Shown here: positions 28,203 to 38,548 of the stretch, in pieces
Layout of the letters: every line of letters begins with the position of its first letter
Position numbering within the stretch: position 1 is the stretch's first letter
Assembly: GCA_017513085.1 (NCBI GenBank)
Contig: JAFWDK010000019.1
Coordinates: 32,001-96,000 of the forward strand
Direction: 5' to 3'
Length of the DNA: 64,000 nucleotides
From: Clostridiales bacterium
Lineage (GTDB): Bacteria > Bacillota > Clostridia > Saccharofermentanales > Saccharofermentanaceae
Position numbers and translations under genes: made by a program
Notes under the pieces: model-generated
Told to the model about the DNA's origin: nothing
What the model saw: only the letters and a program-made list of their open reading frames with translations
Database searches by the model: none

Positions 28203-31200
28203 CTAGAACAAGGAAACATTTTCAATACCGAATTCTTTAACCAATATGTCACATACATCCCGGTTCCACTCGATGCTGTACTCCGGCTGCAATATTACAT
28301 AGCGTTTCTCATTCGGAAGCGCCACATAGACCGGCACATTCCCCCTGAAATACGCACATGTCGCCAGAAGTCTCTTATAACCTGCATCCTCGGTAGTTCC
28401 GAAATAACGGATCGCCACACGCATGTTGCCGGAAGGAGCATAGCGTACCGAATGATCTGTATTGGCAGCATCCGCCCCTGTCGTCTTTTCAGCCCCCACT
28501 TCTTTGTTTTCCTTAGGCGATTCCGAAGTCTTATTATTTCTTGGAACATAGGATCCGCCACGATTCCGGTTAGGAGGCGGCAATTCGCACAGTTCCTCAT
28601 CGTCACGGCTCAAAGTCACTGCATCTTCCAGAAACAGTTTAACTTCTTCATCTTCCACCTGAACCTGTCCACGCATCAGGAGCGCCCTCGAAGCCAGAAC
28701 CACAGCTCCGCATTTGGCAAAAGCACCCGGGAACACTAAAACTTCATAGTCTCCGTAGAAATCTTCCATCTGAAGGATGCACATGGCTTTTCCGTTCTTC
28801 GTCGTCTTCTGCTTTCTGGAAACGACCAGTCCTGCCATCACGACGGTTTCTTTATCTTTCAGCACACGGCCGCCGGCCACATCTTCACCAAGCGTTTTAA
28901 GAAATGAAGTGCTATCCGTATTCGCACGTGCCTCAATGGCTTTCTTATAGTTCTCAAGAGGATGTCCGGAAACATAAAGACCGATCATCTCCTTTTCTTT
29001 CATGAGACGCTCTTCCAGAGGAAATTCACTGACATTGGGAAGGATCGGCTCATCCTGGGCCGCCGAAGCCTGACTGTCACCCAGCAAACTGAATATAGAG
29101 ATCTGTCCTTCCATCGTCTGGTGCTTCTGCGCAGATAAGCGATTCAGGTACGGCTCGGCTGCGCCCAGCATCTGCGATCTCGGAATACCGAATTCGTCTA
29201 AAGCCGATGCATAGATCAGACTTTCAATCATCTTCTTATTAATGTCCAGTTTCTCGGAGCGTCGCAGAAAATCACCGAAAGAAGAAAATGGTCCGTTCAC
29301 TTCTCGATCGATAACGATCTTTTCTACCGCACCTTCCCCGACATTTTTCACAGCGGTAAGTCCTATGCGGATCGCCTTATCCCCTTCGGTTTTAAACTTG
29401 ACCACACTCTTATTGATAGAAGGCGGCAGGATAGCGATCCCCATCTTCTTGGCGCAACTCGTGTACCAGGCAGATTGCGACTGGTTCCCCAAAAAACTGT
29501 TCAGCATTGCTGCCATAAACTCTGTCGGGTAGTGATATTTCAGATATGCCGTAAAATATCCCACTACAGCATAAGCGGCGGCATGCGATTTGTTAAAAGC
29601 ATATCCTGCAAACTGGGTAACGTCGTCAAATATCTTTCTAGCCACAGCTTCCGGAACTCCATGAGCGATAGCGCCGCTGACTTCTCTACCCTTTTCGTCC
29701 TTTCCGCCATAGATAAATGTTTGACGGTATTTCTCCATAAGTGAGGCTTTCTTCTTGGCCATCGCACGCCGGATATTATCAGACTGGCCCATGGAAAAAC
29801 CTGCCAGATCACGAACGATCTGCATAACCTGCTCCTGATAGATCATACACCCGTAAGTCATGTTGAGGATCGGTTCGAGCAAAGGATGGTCATAGCGGAT
29901 CAACGAAGGATCATGTTTCGCGGCCACATATTTCGGGATCTGATCCATCGGTCCCGGACGATACAACGAAATACCCGCAATAATATCTTCCAGAGAAGCA
30001 GGCTTCAGATCCATCATAAAGGATGTCATTCCGCCACTCTCAAGCTGGAACACACCTTCTGTTTCTCCGCGGCTGATCATGTCGAAGATTGCAGGCTCAT
30101 CCATCGGGATCCGATCATAATCGATCTCAATTCCCTGATTCTCCAGCACCATCTGCGCGGTATCGCGCAATACCGTTAATGTACGCAATCCCAAGAAGTC
30201 GAACTTTAACAGACCTATTTCTTCGGAGTTTGCCTTTGCAAACTGAACTACGACAGACTCGTCATTCTTTGCCAAAGGAGCGATCTCCGTAAGAGGTTTG
30301 GCGGAAATGATCACTCCGGCAGCATGCGTCGAAGCATGACGGGGCATTCCTTCGAAAAGCATTGCCGTATCCAGAACCTGTTTCACTGTTGGAGAATTCT
30401 CATACTCTTCCCTCAATTCAGCGGAATTCTTCAACGCATCGGAAATAGTAATGCCCAGGTTATTCGGAATCATCTTGGCGATCCGGTCACTCTCGGCATA
30501 CGGAACATCCAGCGCACGGGCAACGTCACGGATACAGGCTTTCGCCGCCAAAGTTCCGAACGTGATCACCTGCGCAACACGATCCGAACCATATTTTCTT
30601 GTCACATAATCAATGACTTCCTGTCTTCTTTCGTAGCAAAAATCAACGTCAAAGTCAGGCATGCTGACACGTTCACTATTGAGGAACCTCTCAAAGATCA
30701 ATCCGTACTTGATCGGATCGATATTGGTAATGGAAAGCGCATAGGCCACCAGAGAACCTGCACCGGAACCACGTCCGGGTCCGACCATGATGTTGTTCTC
30801 TTTGGCATAATGGATGAAGTCCCAGACGATCAGGTAATAATCGGTATATCCCATGGAGGTGATCACGGACATCTCATATTCTGCACGTTCATAATACTTG
30901 TTTCGAAGCTCATCATCCGTGCACCACTCCAATCTTTTCCGCAAGCCTTCCTCGCACAGATGGCGCAAATACTCTTCTGCATTGGAATACTCCAAAGGAA
31001 CATCAAAAGCCGGAAGATGGATCTGATCAAAAGTATATCCGGCATGGCACATACTGGCGATCTTGGTCGTATTCTCGATCGCTGACGGAACCGAGGCAAA
31101 ATACTGACGCATCTCCTGTTCGGATTTAATATAAAAATCATCACAAGCCATGCGCATACGATCCGGATCACTCATTCTCTTTCCGGTCTGCATACAAAGC

Positions 31201-31874
31201 AGAACTTCGTGCGCTTCACTATCCTGGCGATACATATAATGACAGTCATTGGTCGCCACCAGCGGGATCCCGGTCTCATTCGAAAGCAGGATCATATGCT
31301 GATTCACTTTTGCCTGCTCGGGCATCTGATTACTCTGGATCTCCAAATAGTAATTGCCACGTCCGAAAGTCCGGTCATACCACAATGCACACTTTTTCGC
31401 CCCGTCGAGATCACCCTGAAGAATATGGGTCGCCACCTCACCGGAAAGGCAGGCGGAAAGCGCAATCAATCCATCGGAATACTTCTCGAGAAGTTCGTGA
31501 TCCACACGTGGCTTATAATAGAAGCCCTCCGTAAAGCCGGTCGATACCAACCGGTTTAAATTCTTCAGTCCCTCGTCATTCTTTGCCAAAAGCACCAGAT
31601 GATAATAGTTTCTATCCTCTACTTCTTTGAGGAAACGGCCTCGAGGCGCCACATAGACTTCACATCCGATGATCGGATGGATCCCCGCTTCAGTCATAGC
31701 CTTATAAAACTCTACAGCGCCATACATGACTCCGTGATCCGTAATGGCACAGGAAGTCATACCCAATTCGGAAAGACGGGCAGCAAGACGCTTGATACGG
31801 ATCGCGCCGTCCAGCAAACTATACTCTGTATGTAGATGAAGGTGTACAAAACCTTGATTGACTGCCTCTGCCAT
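28203..31874 (-). CDS. dnaE: DNA polymerase III alpha subunit
   Basis: PHP HLHLHTEYSLLDG, GPGRGSGAGSL, SMPDFDVDF, KFDFLGL, YAFNKSHA. Confidence 0.98.
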   Translation of the reverse strand: MAEAVNQGFVHLHLHTEYSLLDGAIRIKRLAARLSELGMTSCAITDHGVMYGAVEFYKAMTEAGIHPIIGCEVYVAPRGRFLKEVEDRNYYHLVLLAKNDEGLKNLNRLVSTGFTEGFYYKPRVDHELLEKYSDGLIALSACLSGEVATHILQGDLDGAKKCALWYDRTFGRGNYYLEIQSNQMPEQAKVNQHMILLSNETGIPLVATNDCHYMYRQDSEAHEVLLCMQTGKRMSDPDRMRMACDDFYIKSEQEMRQYFASVPSAIENTTKIASMCHAGYTFDQIHLPAFDVPLEYSNAEEYLRHLCEEGLRKRLEWCTDDELRNKYYERAEYEMSVITSMGYTDYYLIVWDFIHYAKENNIMVGPGRGSGAGSLVAYALSITNIDPIKYGLIFERFLNSERVSMPDFDVDFCYERRQEVIDYVTRKYGSDRVAQVITFGTLAAKACIRDVARALDVPYAESDRIAKMIPNNLGITISDALKNSAELREEYENSPTVKQVLDTAMLFEGMPRHASTHAAGVIISAKPLTEIAPLAKNDESVVVQFAKANSEEIGLLKFDFLGLRTLTVLRDTAQMVLENQGIEIDYDRIPMDEPAIFDMISRGETEGVFQLESGGMTSFMMDLKPASLEDIIAGISLYRPGPMDQIPKYVAAKHDPSLIRYDHPLLEPILNMTYGCMIYQEQVMQIVRDLAGFSMGQSDNIRRAMAKKKASLMEKYRQTFIYGGKDEKGREVSGAIAHGVPEAVARKIFDDVTQFAGYAFNKSHAAAYAVVGYFTAYLKYHYPTEFMAAMLNSFLGNQSQSAWYTSCAKKMGIAILPPSINKSVVKFKTEGDKAIRIGLTAVKNVGEGAVEKIVIDREVNGPFSSFGDFLRRSEKLDINKKMIESLIYASALDEFGIPRSQMLGAAEPYLNRLSAQKHQTMEGQISIFSLLGDSQASAAQDEPILPNVSEFPLEERLMKEKEMIGLYVSGHPLENYKKAIEARANTDSTSFLKTLGEDVAGGRVLKDKETVVMAGLVVSRKQKTTKNGKAMCILQMEDFYGDYEVLVFPGAFAKCGAVVLASRALLMRGQVQVEDEEVKLFLEDAVTLSRDDEELCELPPPNRNRGGSYVPRNNKTSESPKENKEVGAEKTTGADAANTDHSVRYAPSGNMRVAIRYFGTTEDAGYKRLLATCAYFRGNVPVYVALPNEKRYVILQPEYSIEWNRDVCDILVKEFGIENVSLF

Positions 31875-31926
31875 ATATTATCCTTTCCGGGACTCTCCCG
31901 GCCACCATGGGATCACATCTTCTTCA

Positions 31927-33948
31927 TCATGCGTCCCCGAGTTTTCCCTTTACCACAACCAGCAAATCGCGAAGCCGGGCAGCTTCTTCGAAAGCCAGTT
32001 CCTTCGCCGCGGCCTTCATTTCCTTATCCAGACGCGCCGCCAGTTTCTCAAGCTCCGCACGAGACATTTTGGTCTTCTTCTGATTCATCAGGTTAGACAG
32101 ATCCTTCATATCGATCTGGTCTTCCCTGCTGACTTCTTCCATCGTCTCCAGAACATCACGAACTTCTTTCGAAACACTCTTCGGAGTAATATTGTTATCT
32201 CTATTATACTGGATTTGTATCTCACGTCGACGATTCGTTTCCGATACCGCTTCGAACATGGAATCCGTCACTTCATCCGCATAGAAGATAACACGACCGT
32301 TTACGTTTCTTGCCGCGCGTCCGATCATCTGGATCAACGAGCGTGTCGACCGCAGGAAGCCTTCCTTGTCAGCGTCGAGGATCATAAGCAAAGACACCTC
32401 CGGAATATCAAGTCCTTCACGAAGGAGGTTGATACCGACCAGCACGTCAAATTCACCCGTTCGCAGTTCGCGAAGGATCTTCATACGGTCTACTGTATCG
32501 ATATCCGAATGGAGGTATTTCACTCGGACCTCTTCCTGTTTAAGATAAGCCGTCAGGTCTTCACTCATCTTCTTTGTTAATGTCAGGATCAAAGCACGCT
32601 CACCTTTCTTGACCGTCTCGCGAATCTCAGAAAGGATATCTTCCATCTGTCCATCGACCGGACGGATCGAAATTTCCGGATCCAAAAGGCCGGTCGGACG
32701 GATGATCTGTTCGACTGTCTGTCCGCTATGTTCCGCTTCATATTTGGAAGGAGTGGCAGATACAAAGATCGTCTGACCCATCTTCTTTTCAAATTCCTCA
32801 AACTTCAGCGGCCGGTTATCGAACGCGGACGGGAGACGGAATCCGTAATCCACCAAAGTCGTCTTTCTCGAACGGTCTCCGTTATACATCGCGCCGATCT
32901 GCGGCACGGTCACATGCGACTCATCGATCATAAGAAGATAGTCCTCCGGCATAAAGTCCATAAGCGTAAACGGTGGAGAACCCGGAGCTCTCTGGGTCAA
33001 GTGTCTCGAGTAATTCTCGATCCCCTTTACAAAACCCGTTTCCGCCAGCATCTCCAAATCGTATCTTGTCTTCTGCTCGAGACGATAAGCCTCGATAAGC
33101 TTGCCCTGCTCCCGAAGCTCGGCAAGGCGCTCGTCCAGCTCGGCCTCAATCGTCACGAGCGCACGATCCAGTTTCTCTTTCGTTGTCGCATAATGCGAAG
33201 CCGGAAATATCACGGCATAATTTCTGTTCCACATGACTTTCCCGCTCAGGTAATGCACTTCCGAGATCCTCTCGATCTCGTCACCGAAAAAGGTCACACG
33301 TGTCAGCAGTTCCTCGGAAGACGGCGGAAAAATATCCAGCGTGTCTCCCTTCACTCGAAAAGCGCCTCGCGTGATCTCAAAATCATTTCTGACATACTGC
33401 AGGTCGATCAGGTGACGGATCACCTCTTCTCTGGACTTCTCCATTCCTACACGAAGATTGATCATAAGATCCTTATAGTCAGAAGGATCACCTAATCCAT
33501 AGATACAGGAGACCGAAGCAACTACGATCACATCTCTTCTTTCCAGGAGCGAGCTGGTCGCACTGTGACGCATGCGATCGATCTCATCGTTGATATCGCA
33601 ATCCTTCTCAATATATGTATCCGTTGAAGCAATGTATGCTTCCGGCTGATAGTAGTCATAGTACGAAACAAAAAACTCTACCGCATTATCCGGAAAAAAG
33701 GCTTTAAATTCTGCGGCAAGCTGTGCCGCCAAAGTCTTATTCGGCGCAATAACAAGTGTCGGTCTTTGCGTCTTCTCAATAATGTTCGCCATGGTGAATG
33801 TCTTACCGGATCCGGTTACACCAAGAAGCGTCTGACCGCGCATGCCGGAAGAAAGACCTTCAACGAGTTTCTCAATCGCCTGAGGCTGATCTCCTGTCGG
33901 TACAAAAGGAGAGTGGATCTTAAATTGTCTGCTTGTATCTATTTCCAT
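31927..33948 (-). CDS. uvrB: Excinuclease ABC subunit B
   Basis: [41 protein letters not shown]-terminal UVR motif. Confidence 0.98.
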   Translation of the reverse strand: MEIDTSRQFKIHSPFVPTGDQPQAIEKLVEGLSSGMRGQTLLGVTGSGKTFTMANIIEKTQRPTLVIAPNKTLAAQLAAEFKAFFPDNAVEFFVSYYDYYQPEAYIASTDTYIEKDCDINDEIDRMRHSATSSLLERRDVIVVASVSCIYGLGDPSDYKDLMINLRVGMEKSREEVIRHLIDLQYVRNDFEITRGAFRVKGDTLDIFPPSSEELLTRVTFFGDEIERISEVHYLSGKVMWNRNYAVIFPASHYATTKEKLDRALVTIEAELDERLAELREQGKLIEAYRLEQKTRYDLEMLAETGFVKGIENYSRHLTQRAPGSPPFTLMDFMPEDYLLMIDESHVTVPQIGAMYNGDRSRKTTLVDYGFRLPSAFDNRPLKFEEFEKKMGQTIFVSATPSKYEAEHSGQTVEQIIRPTGLLDPEISIRPVDGQMEDILSEIRETVKKGERALILTLTKKMSEDLTAYLKQEEVRVKYLHSDIDTVDRMKILRELRTGEFDVLVGINLLREGLDIPEVSLLMILDADKEGFLRSTRSLIQMIGRAARNVNGRVIFYADEVTDSMFEAVSETNRRREIQIQYNRDNNITPKSVSKEVRDVLETMEEVSREDQIDMKDLSNLMNQKKTKMSRAELEKLAARLDKEMKAAAKELAFEEAARLRDLLVVVKGKLGDA

Positions 33949-33966
33949 AAAGACTTCCCGCTTTTT

Positions 33967-33980
33967 CGAACATATTTTCG
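33967..33980. promoter_or_regulatory. LexA (Firmicute SOS) box upstream of uvrB
   Basis: CGAACATATTTTCG, one mismatch to GAAC-N4-GTTC, between a TGnTATACT -10 and the uvrB start. Confidence 0.75.
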
Positions 33981-34147
33981 TTCCAATCAGTATAGCACAT
34001 ATCCATATAAAGTAAAACACCTAATACAATACGACCTACAGATTGACCAAGACGACAAAAGCGGCAAGCAAGTGCTTTTGACAAAGGCGAAAACGCTTAC
34101 TTACCGCTGTTATATTTTCTTTTTCATGATTGATTATGTAACCGCTC

Positions 34148-34378
34148 TTATGCCGGCGTATCCACAACAAGAATACGTTCGATCGGAACCTGGAATGTTA
34201 TGGACAGTACGACCAGGTTGTCGATCGTAGGCATCGATACGCCCCGCTGCCACTTGTATATGGCCTGAGGAGTGGCAAATCCGAAAATATCCTGAAGTTC
34301 GCGTACGGACATTCCTGCATTCTCACGAAGCCGTACGATATTACTTCCTGTTTCTTCCATGTTGATGATTGGTAACAT
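34148..34378 (-). CDS. Small XRE-family helix-turn-helix regulator
   Basis: LRENAGMSVRELQDIFGFATPQAIYKWQRGVSMPTIDNL; GGAGG RBS. Confidence 0.9.
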   Translation of the reverse strand: MLPIINMEETGSNIVRLRENAGMSVRELQDIFGFATPQAIYKWQRGVSMPTIDNLVVLSITFQVPIERILVVDTPA

Positions 34379-34413
34379 AGCTCATTCCTCCATTCTATTT
34401 CAAAAAACTAATA

Positions 34414-34451
34414 ATAAAAAACCGCTTTTCCTGACATTCCAAGAAAAGCGG
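34414..34451 (-). terminator. Intrinsic terminator between the small ORF and the XRE gene
   Basis: CCGCTTTTC...GAAAAGCGG followed by a T run on the minus strand. Confidence 0.75.
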
Positions 34452-34479
34452 CGAATCAAACTGATTATATACCGTGGAA

Positions 34480-34632
34480 CTACCGGATGAAGTGTTCCAC
34501 GAAAGCTTCTCTTGGAATATTGAGTTTGCCTGTTTTGGCGACCCAAATAGTATCGTGCACAGAGTAACCATGCATCGCTGTTGTACCGGCGATATTCTGC
34601 TTAATGTAATTCACGATACGTACTGATTTCAT
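34480..34632 (-). CDS. 50-aa small ORF (possible leader peptide or small protein)
   Basis: GAAAGGAG RBS before ATG 34632; lies between a putative promoter and a terminator. Confidence 0.5.
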   Translation of the reverse strand: MKSVRIVNYIKQNIAGTTAMHGYSVHDTIWVAKTGKLNIPREAFVEHFIR

Positions 34633-34767
34633 TTGTGAAACACTCCTTTCTTTAAAATTCGATCTTACGAGCCTTGCTCGATATAGATACTTTACCACTA
34701 TGATTTTTATTTGTCAGTATACCAGCAGTATAAAAATCCACGAAATTTTATTATCTCAACTTTGGCA

Positions 34768-35226
34768 TTATTCGTTATAGTACACATAAACATACGGAGT
34801 GGAGCTGTTTTCCATGCAGACAAACATAACGACGGAACCCTTGCTCCTCCTTCCTACGATTACCCAGGAGACAGAAGACGGATTCGGCACGATCTTCTGT
34901 CCGGAAAAAAGTGTATACTTCTGGATATTGTACTCAGCCAGAGGGATCTCGTGAAAATCATCACCATAGAGTCCATGTGCTGTCTGAATCACTTCGTTCA
35001 TGTGGGCAACCGTATCGATACGGATCTTCGCTTCAAAAGAAGTCCTACGAAAAATAGAACCGGACGGACGGTAATCTTCGATCGTGCAATATGACGGCAC
35101 ATCAAAACCTGTCTTTCTTTCGATCACTTTCTCTTTTTCGTCAAGGACAAAGAATACTCCCAGTACCACTGCGAAAACGATCAACAACACTGCGATGATG
35201 GTCAACTTCTTCTTATCTTCGTACAT
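34768..35226 (-). CDS. Hypothetical membrane-anchored protein
   Basis: Single N-terminal TM helix; start overlaps the tatD stop by 1 nt. Confidence 0.7.
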   Translation of the reverse strand: MYEDKKKLTIIAVLLIVFAVVLGVFFVLDEKEKVIERKTGFDVPSYCTIEDYRPSGSIFRRTSFEAKIRIDTVAHMNEVIQTAHGLYGDDFHEIPLAEYNIQKYTLFSGQKIVPNPSSVSWVIVGRRSKGSVVMFVCMENSSTPYVYVYYNE

Positions 35227-36035
35227 TATGTATCCTTTCCGAAAAGCCGTCTGGCATTTTCTGTTGTGATCCGGGCCATCTCTTCAGGCGAGATCTCCTT
35301 GATCCTTGCCATTTCTTCCACTACATACCGGACGTAAGCCGGTTCATTCCTGTGACCACGATACGGTACCGGAGTCATATACGGCGAATCCGTCTCTACA
35401 AGAAGACGGTCCAAAGGACACATTCGGATCACATCCGGTGCTCTTCGTGCATTCTTGAAAGTGATCGGACCATCGAAGCCAAGATAGAAACCCATCTTCA
35501 GAAGGATCTCTGCGGTCTCCGGGCTTCCGGAGAAGCAGTGCAGCACGCCCGGCACCTCACGGAGTGCATGCTGTTCGTGCAAGGATCTCAGGATGAAAAG
35601 CGTATCTTCACATGCATCACGTTCATGGATCACGGCAGGAAGATCATAGCGGTAGGCAAGCCCCATCTGATAAATGAAAGCCGTAGCCTCATGGACCGGA
35701 GACGCATCGTCGTAATGGTAATCCATTCCGATCTCTCCCACAGCCACGATGCCGAGCTTATCTTTATGTTTCAGCCAGTCCTCAAGACGGAACTTTGCTT
35801 CATCATCAAAAGATTTCGCCGTTTCCGGATGTACACCGACCATGCAGGAAAGTTTCACACCACAATTCTCTTTCATCTTCCGAAGCTGAAGAGAGATCTC
35901 ACTATCCTCTATGGTAGAACTGGCCAGCATGATGTGTGTAACACCCGCTTCCTTCGCATTATGAAGGACCTGGTCAATATCTTCCTTATAGTCTTCACGC
36001 CAGTTCAAATGAGCATGCGTGTCAAACATCTCCAT
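35226..36035 (-). CDS. tatD: TatD family DNase
   Basis: DTHAHL, GVHP, AVGEIGMDY, IHER, HCFSG, ETDSPY, RNEP; follows metG. Confidence 0.95.
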   Translation of the reverse strand: MEMFDTHAHLNWREDYKEDIDQVLHNAKEAGVTHIMLASSTIEDSEISLQLRKMKENCGVKLSCMVGVHPETAKSFDDEAKFRLEDWLKHKDKLGIVAVGEIGMDYHYDDASPVHEATAFIYQMGLAYRYDLPAVIHERDACEDTLFILRSLHEQHALREVPGVLHCFSGSPETAEILLKMGFYLGFDGPITFKNARRAPDVIRMCPLDRLLVETDSPYMTPVPYRGHRNEPAYVRYVVEEMARIKEISPEEMARITTENARRLFGKDT

Positions 36036-36038
36036 GGA

Positions 36039-37982
36039 TCAGGAAACCTCCGCTCCAGGCTCTACGCCTTCCGGCACGGAAAGAAGTGCATAGTCACCGT
36101 TCGGTTTCTCCGCGCAAAGGATCATGCCATAGGAATCAAATCCACGAAGCTTTCTCGGAGCCAGATTAGCCACCCAAACGACCATCTTTCCAACCATTTC
36201 TTCCGGTGTGTAGTACTGTGCAATACCGGAGAGGACCTGCATCTTACGATCACCTACATCCAGCTGCATACGAAGAAGCTTATCTGCCTTCGGTACTTTC
36301 TCACACTCGAGGACCTTCGCAGCACGAAGCTCAAGTTTTGCAAAATCGTCGTAAACGATCTCTTCTTTATGCTCGAGTACCTTGCCCTGTGCAGCTGCCA
36401 ACGCCGCTTCAGAGATCTTCGCCAGTTCTTCCATCTCCTTATCCATATCCAGTCTCGGGAAAAGCACTTCCCCTTTCTGTACGGTTACATCTGCCGCGAG
36501 CACGCCTGTCTCACCGGACTTTTCCCATGCAGTGGCCTCTTCTGTCGCGCCGATCTGTCTCCAGATTTCCGGACAGGTATTCGGCAGAACTGGATTCAAC
36601 AGGATCGAGCAGATACGCACAGTATCCAAAAGGTTATAAAGGACTGATGCCAGTCTGGCTTTCTTGCTCTCATCCTTTGCCAGTACCCATGGCGCTGTCT
36701 CATCGATATACTTGTTTGCGCGGGCAATGACCTTGAAGATCTCTGCCAGAGCATTGGCAATGTGAAGATCCCCATAGTTTGTCTCCACATACGGCTTCAG
36801 TGCTCTTGCCATAGAAAGGAGTTCCTCATCCAGCGGATCGCTCTCACGTTCTGTCGGGAGCTTGCCGTCAAAGTACTTGATCGCCATGGCGACAGTACGG
36901 GACACCAGGTTACCCAGATCATTGGCCAGATCGTTATTGATACGCTGAACCATCTGCTCATTGCTGAACGGGCAGTCTGCGCCGAAAGGCATCTCACGCA
37001 GGAGATGGTAACGTACGGCATCCACGCCGTATCGGTCAGCCAGGATAAACGGATCAATGACGTTACCGGTGGACTTACCCATCTTCGCGCCGCCGAATGT
37101 GATCCAGCCGTGACCATAAATATGTTTCGGAAGCGGAATATCCAGAGCCATCAGCATAGCCGGCCAGATAAGAGAATGGAAACGGACGATCTCCTTCGCC
37201 ATGACGTGCACATCTGCCGGCCAATATTTCTCAAAATCGTTATATGTAGAGTTTCCGTATCCCAGTGCCGTGATATAGTTGCTGAGCGCATCGACCCAGA
37301 CATATACGACATGCTTGGTATCGAAAGATACCGGAATGCCCCAAGTGAAACTCGTTCTGGAAACGCAGAGATCCTCCAGACCCGGCTTGATGAAGTTGTT
37401 GATCATCTCATTGACACGGGACTTCGGCTCCAGGAAATTTCTCTCCTCATCCAGAAGCAATGCCTCCAGACGGTCGCTGAATTCGGAAAGCTTGAAGAAA
37501 TATGCTTCTTCTTCCGCATCGGTCACGTCACGTCCGCAATCCGGGCACTTGCCGTCCTTGAGCTGGCTCTCGGTCCAGAAGGACTCACAAGGTGTGCAGT
37601 ACTTGCCTACGTATTTTCCCTTATAGATATATCCTTTATCGTAGAGGGCCTTGAAAATGTTCTGTACCGACTCCACATGGTACGGATCTGTCGTACGGAT
37701 AAAGCGGTCATACGTGATGCCCAGACGGCCCCACAGTTTCTGGAAGTTGGCAACGATTCCATCAACATATTTCTTCGGTGTTGTACCCAGCTCCGAAGCT
37801 TTCTTCTCGATTTTCTGGCCATGCTCATCTGTACCGGTCAGAAACATGACATCATAACCCTGCATTCGCTTAAATCTGGAAACCACGTCGCAAGCGAGCG
37901 TCGTGTAGCAGTGTCCTACATGAGGATTTCCGGATGGATAGTAAATCGGGGTTGTAATGTAAAATTTCTGTTTTTCGGCCAT
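36039..37982 (-). CDS. metG: Methionine--tRNA ligase with a C-terminal tRNA-binding domain
   Basis: YITTPIYY, HVGH, GTDEHGQK, YVWVDAL, KMGKS. Confidence 0.97.
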   Translation of the reverse strand: MAEKQKFYITTPIYYPSGNPHVGHCYTTLACDVVSRFKRMQGYDVMFLTGTDEHGQKIEKKASELGTTPKKYVDGIVANFQKLWGRLGITYDRFIRTTDPYHVESVQNIFKALYDKGYIYKGKYVGKYCTPCESFWTESQLKDGKCPDCGRDVTDAEEEAYFFKLSEFSDRLEALLLDEERNFLEPKSRVNEMINNFIKPGLEDLCVSRTSFTWGIPVSFDTKHVVYVWVDALSNYITALGYGNSTYNDFEKYWPADVHVMAKEIVRFHSLIWPAMLMALDIPLPKHIYGHGWITFGGAKMGKSTGNVIDPFILADRYGVDAVRYHLLREMPFGADCPFSNEQMVQRINNDLANDLGNLVSRTVAMAIKYFDGKLPTERESDPLDEELLSMARALKPYVETNYGDLHIANALAEIFKVIARANKYIDETAPWVLAKDESKKARLASVLYNLLDTVRICSILLNPVLPNTCPEIWRQIGATEEATAWEKSGETGVLAADVTVQKGEVLFPRLDMDKEMEELAKISEAALAAAQGKVLEHKEEIVYDDFAKLELRAAKVLECEKVPKADKLLRMQLDVGDRKMQVLSGIAQYYTPEEMVGKMVVWVANLAPRKLRGFDSYGMILCAEKPNGDYALLSVPEGVEPGAEVS

Positions 37983-38146
37983 TTGATATGCGCCTCCTTT
38001 TATTTGCAAATTGCATTTTGTTATTATAACAAGAATATATAGAGAAAATCAATGAATCAGCCATACTTATATACCATCCGGATACTTTGGCCGGAAACGT
38101 CAGTACACAGCACATAAAGAAGCCGTAGTGAAGCAACCCGCCACCT

Positions 38147-38548
38147 TCACATAAATGTCAATTCATAGATTTCGCGGATCGCGATCACTTCGCCATCGGC
38201 AAAAACGAGAGTATTGCCTACCGTATCGATCACCCGTACCCTGCCTTGTTTTTCCCGGTAACTGCCTCCGGATTTCCGATGATCCGGAACAAAATAACGA
38301 ATTCGCACTTGCGGCATTTCTTTGATCCGCTTCGAAAGGACCGCCATCTCTTGATCGATCTTTTCCAGTTCGTCCTCCATTCTCTCGATCCGGGGATCGG
38401 TAAGCCGCGCCGCCTCCGCAACTGCCTTGTCATACCCCACAACTGCTGCAAAAGGAGAAAACTGAGCTGCGCGATCTGCCAACGGCATCGGTGGAAGATC
38501 CTCATAAACAGGACGCGAAAGATGTCGAATGTCATCATACTTGCTCAT
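38147..38548 (-). CDS. YolD-like protein (partner of Y-family polymerases)
   Basis: YDDI.HL.RP...PPM...RAAQFSPFAAVVGY; 4-nt overlap with the upstream Y-family polymerase. Confidence 0.85.
   Translation of the reverse strand: MSKYDDIRHLSRPVYEDLPPMPLADRAAQFSPFAAVVGYDKAVAEAARLTDPRIERMEDELEKIDQEMAVLSKRIKEMPQVRIRYFVPDHRKSGGSYREKQGRVRVIDTVGNTLVFADGEVIAIREIYELTFM

Noticed and set aside
35352-38042. 431- and 426-aa plus-strand ORFs opposite tatD/metG
   Set aside because: Antisense shadows with no domain signatures.
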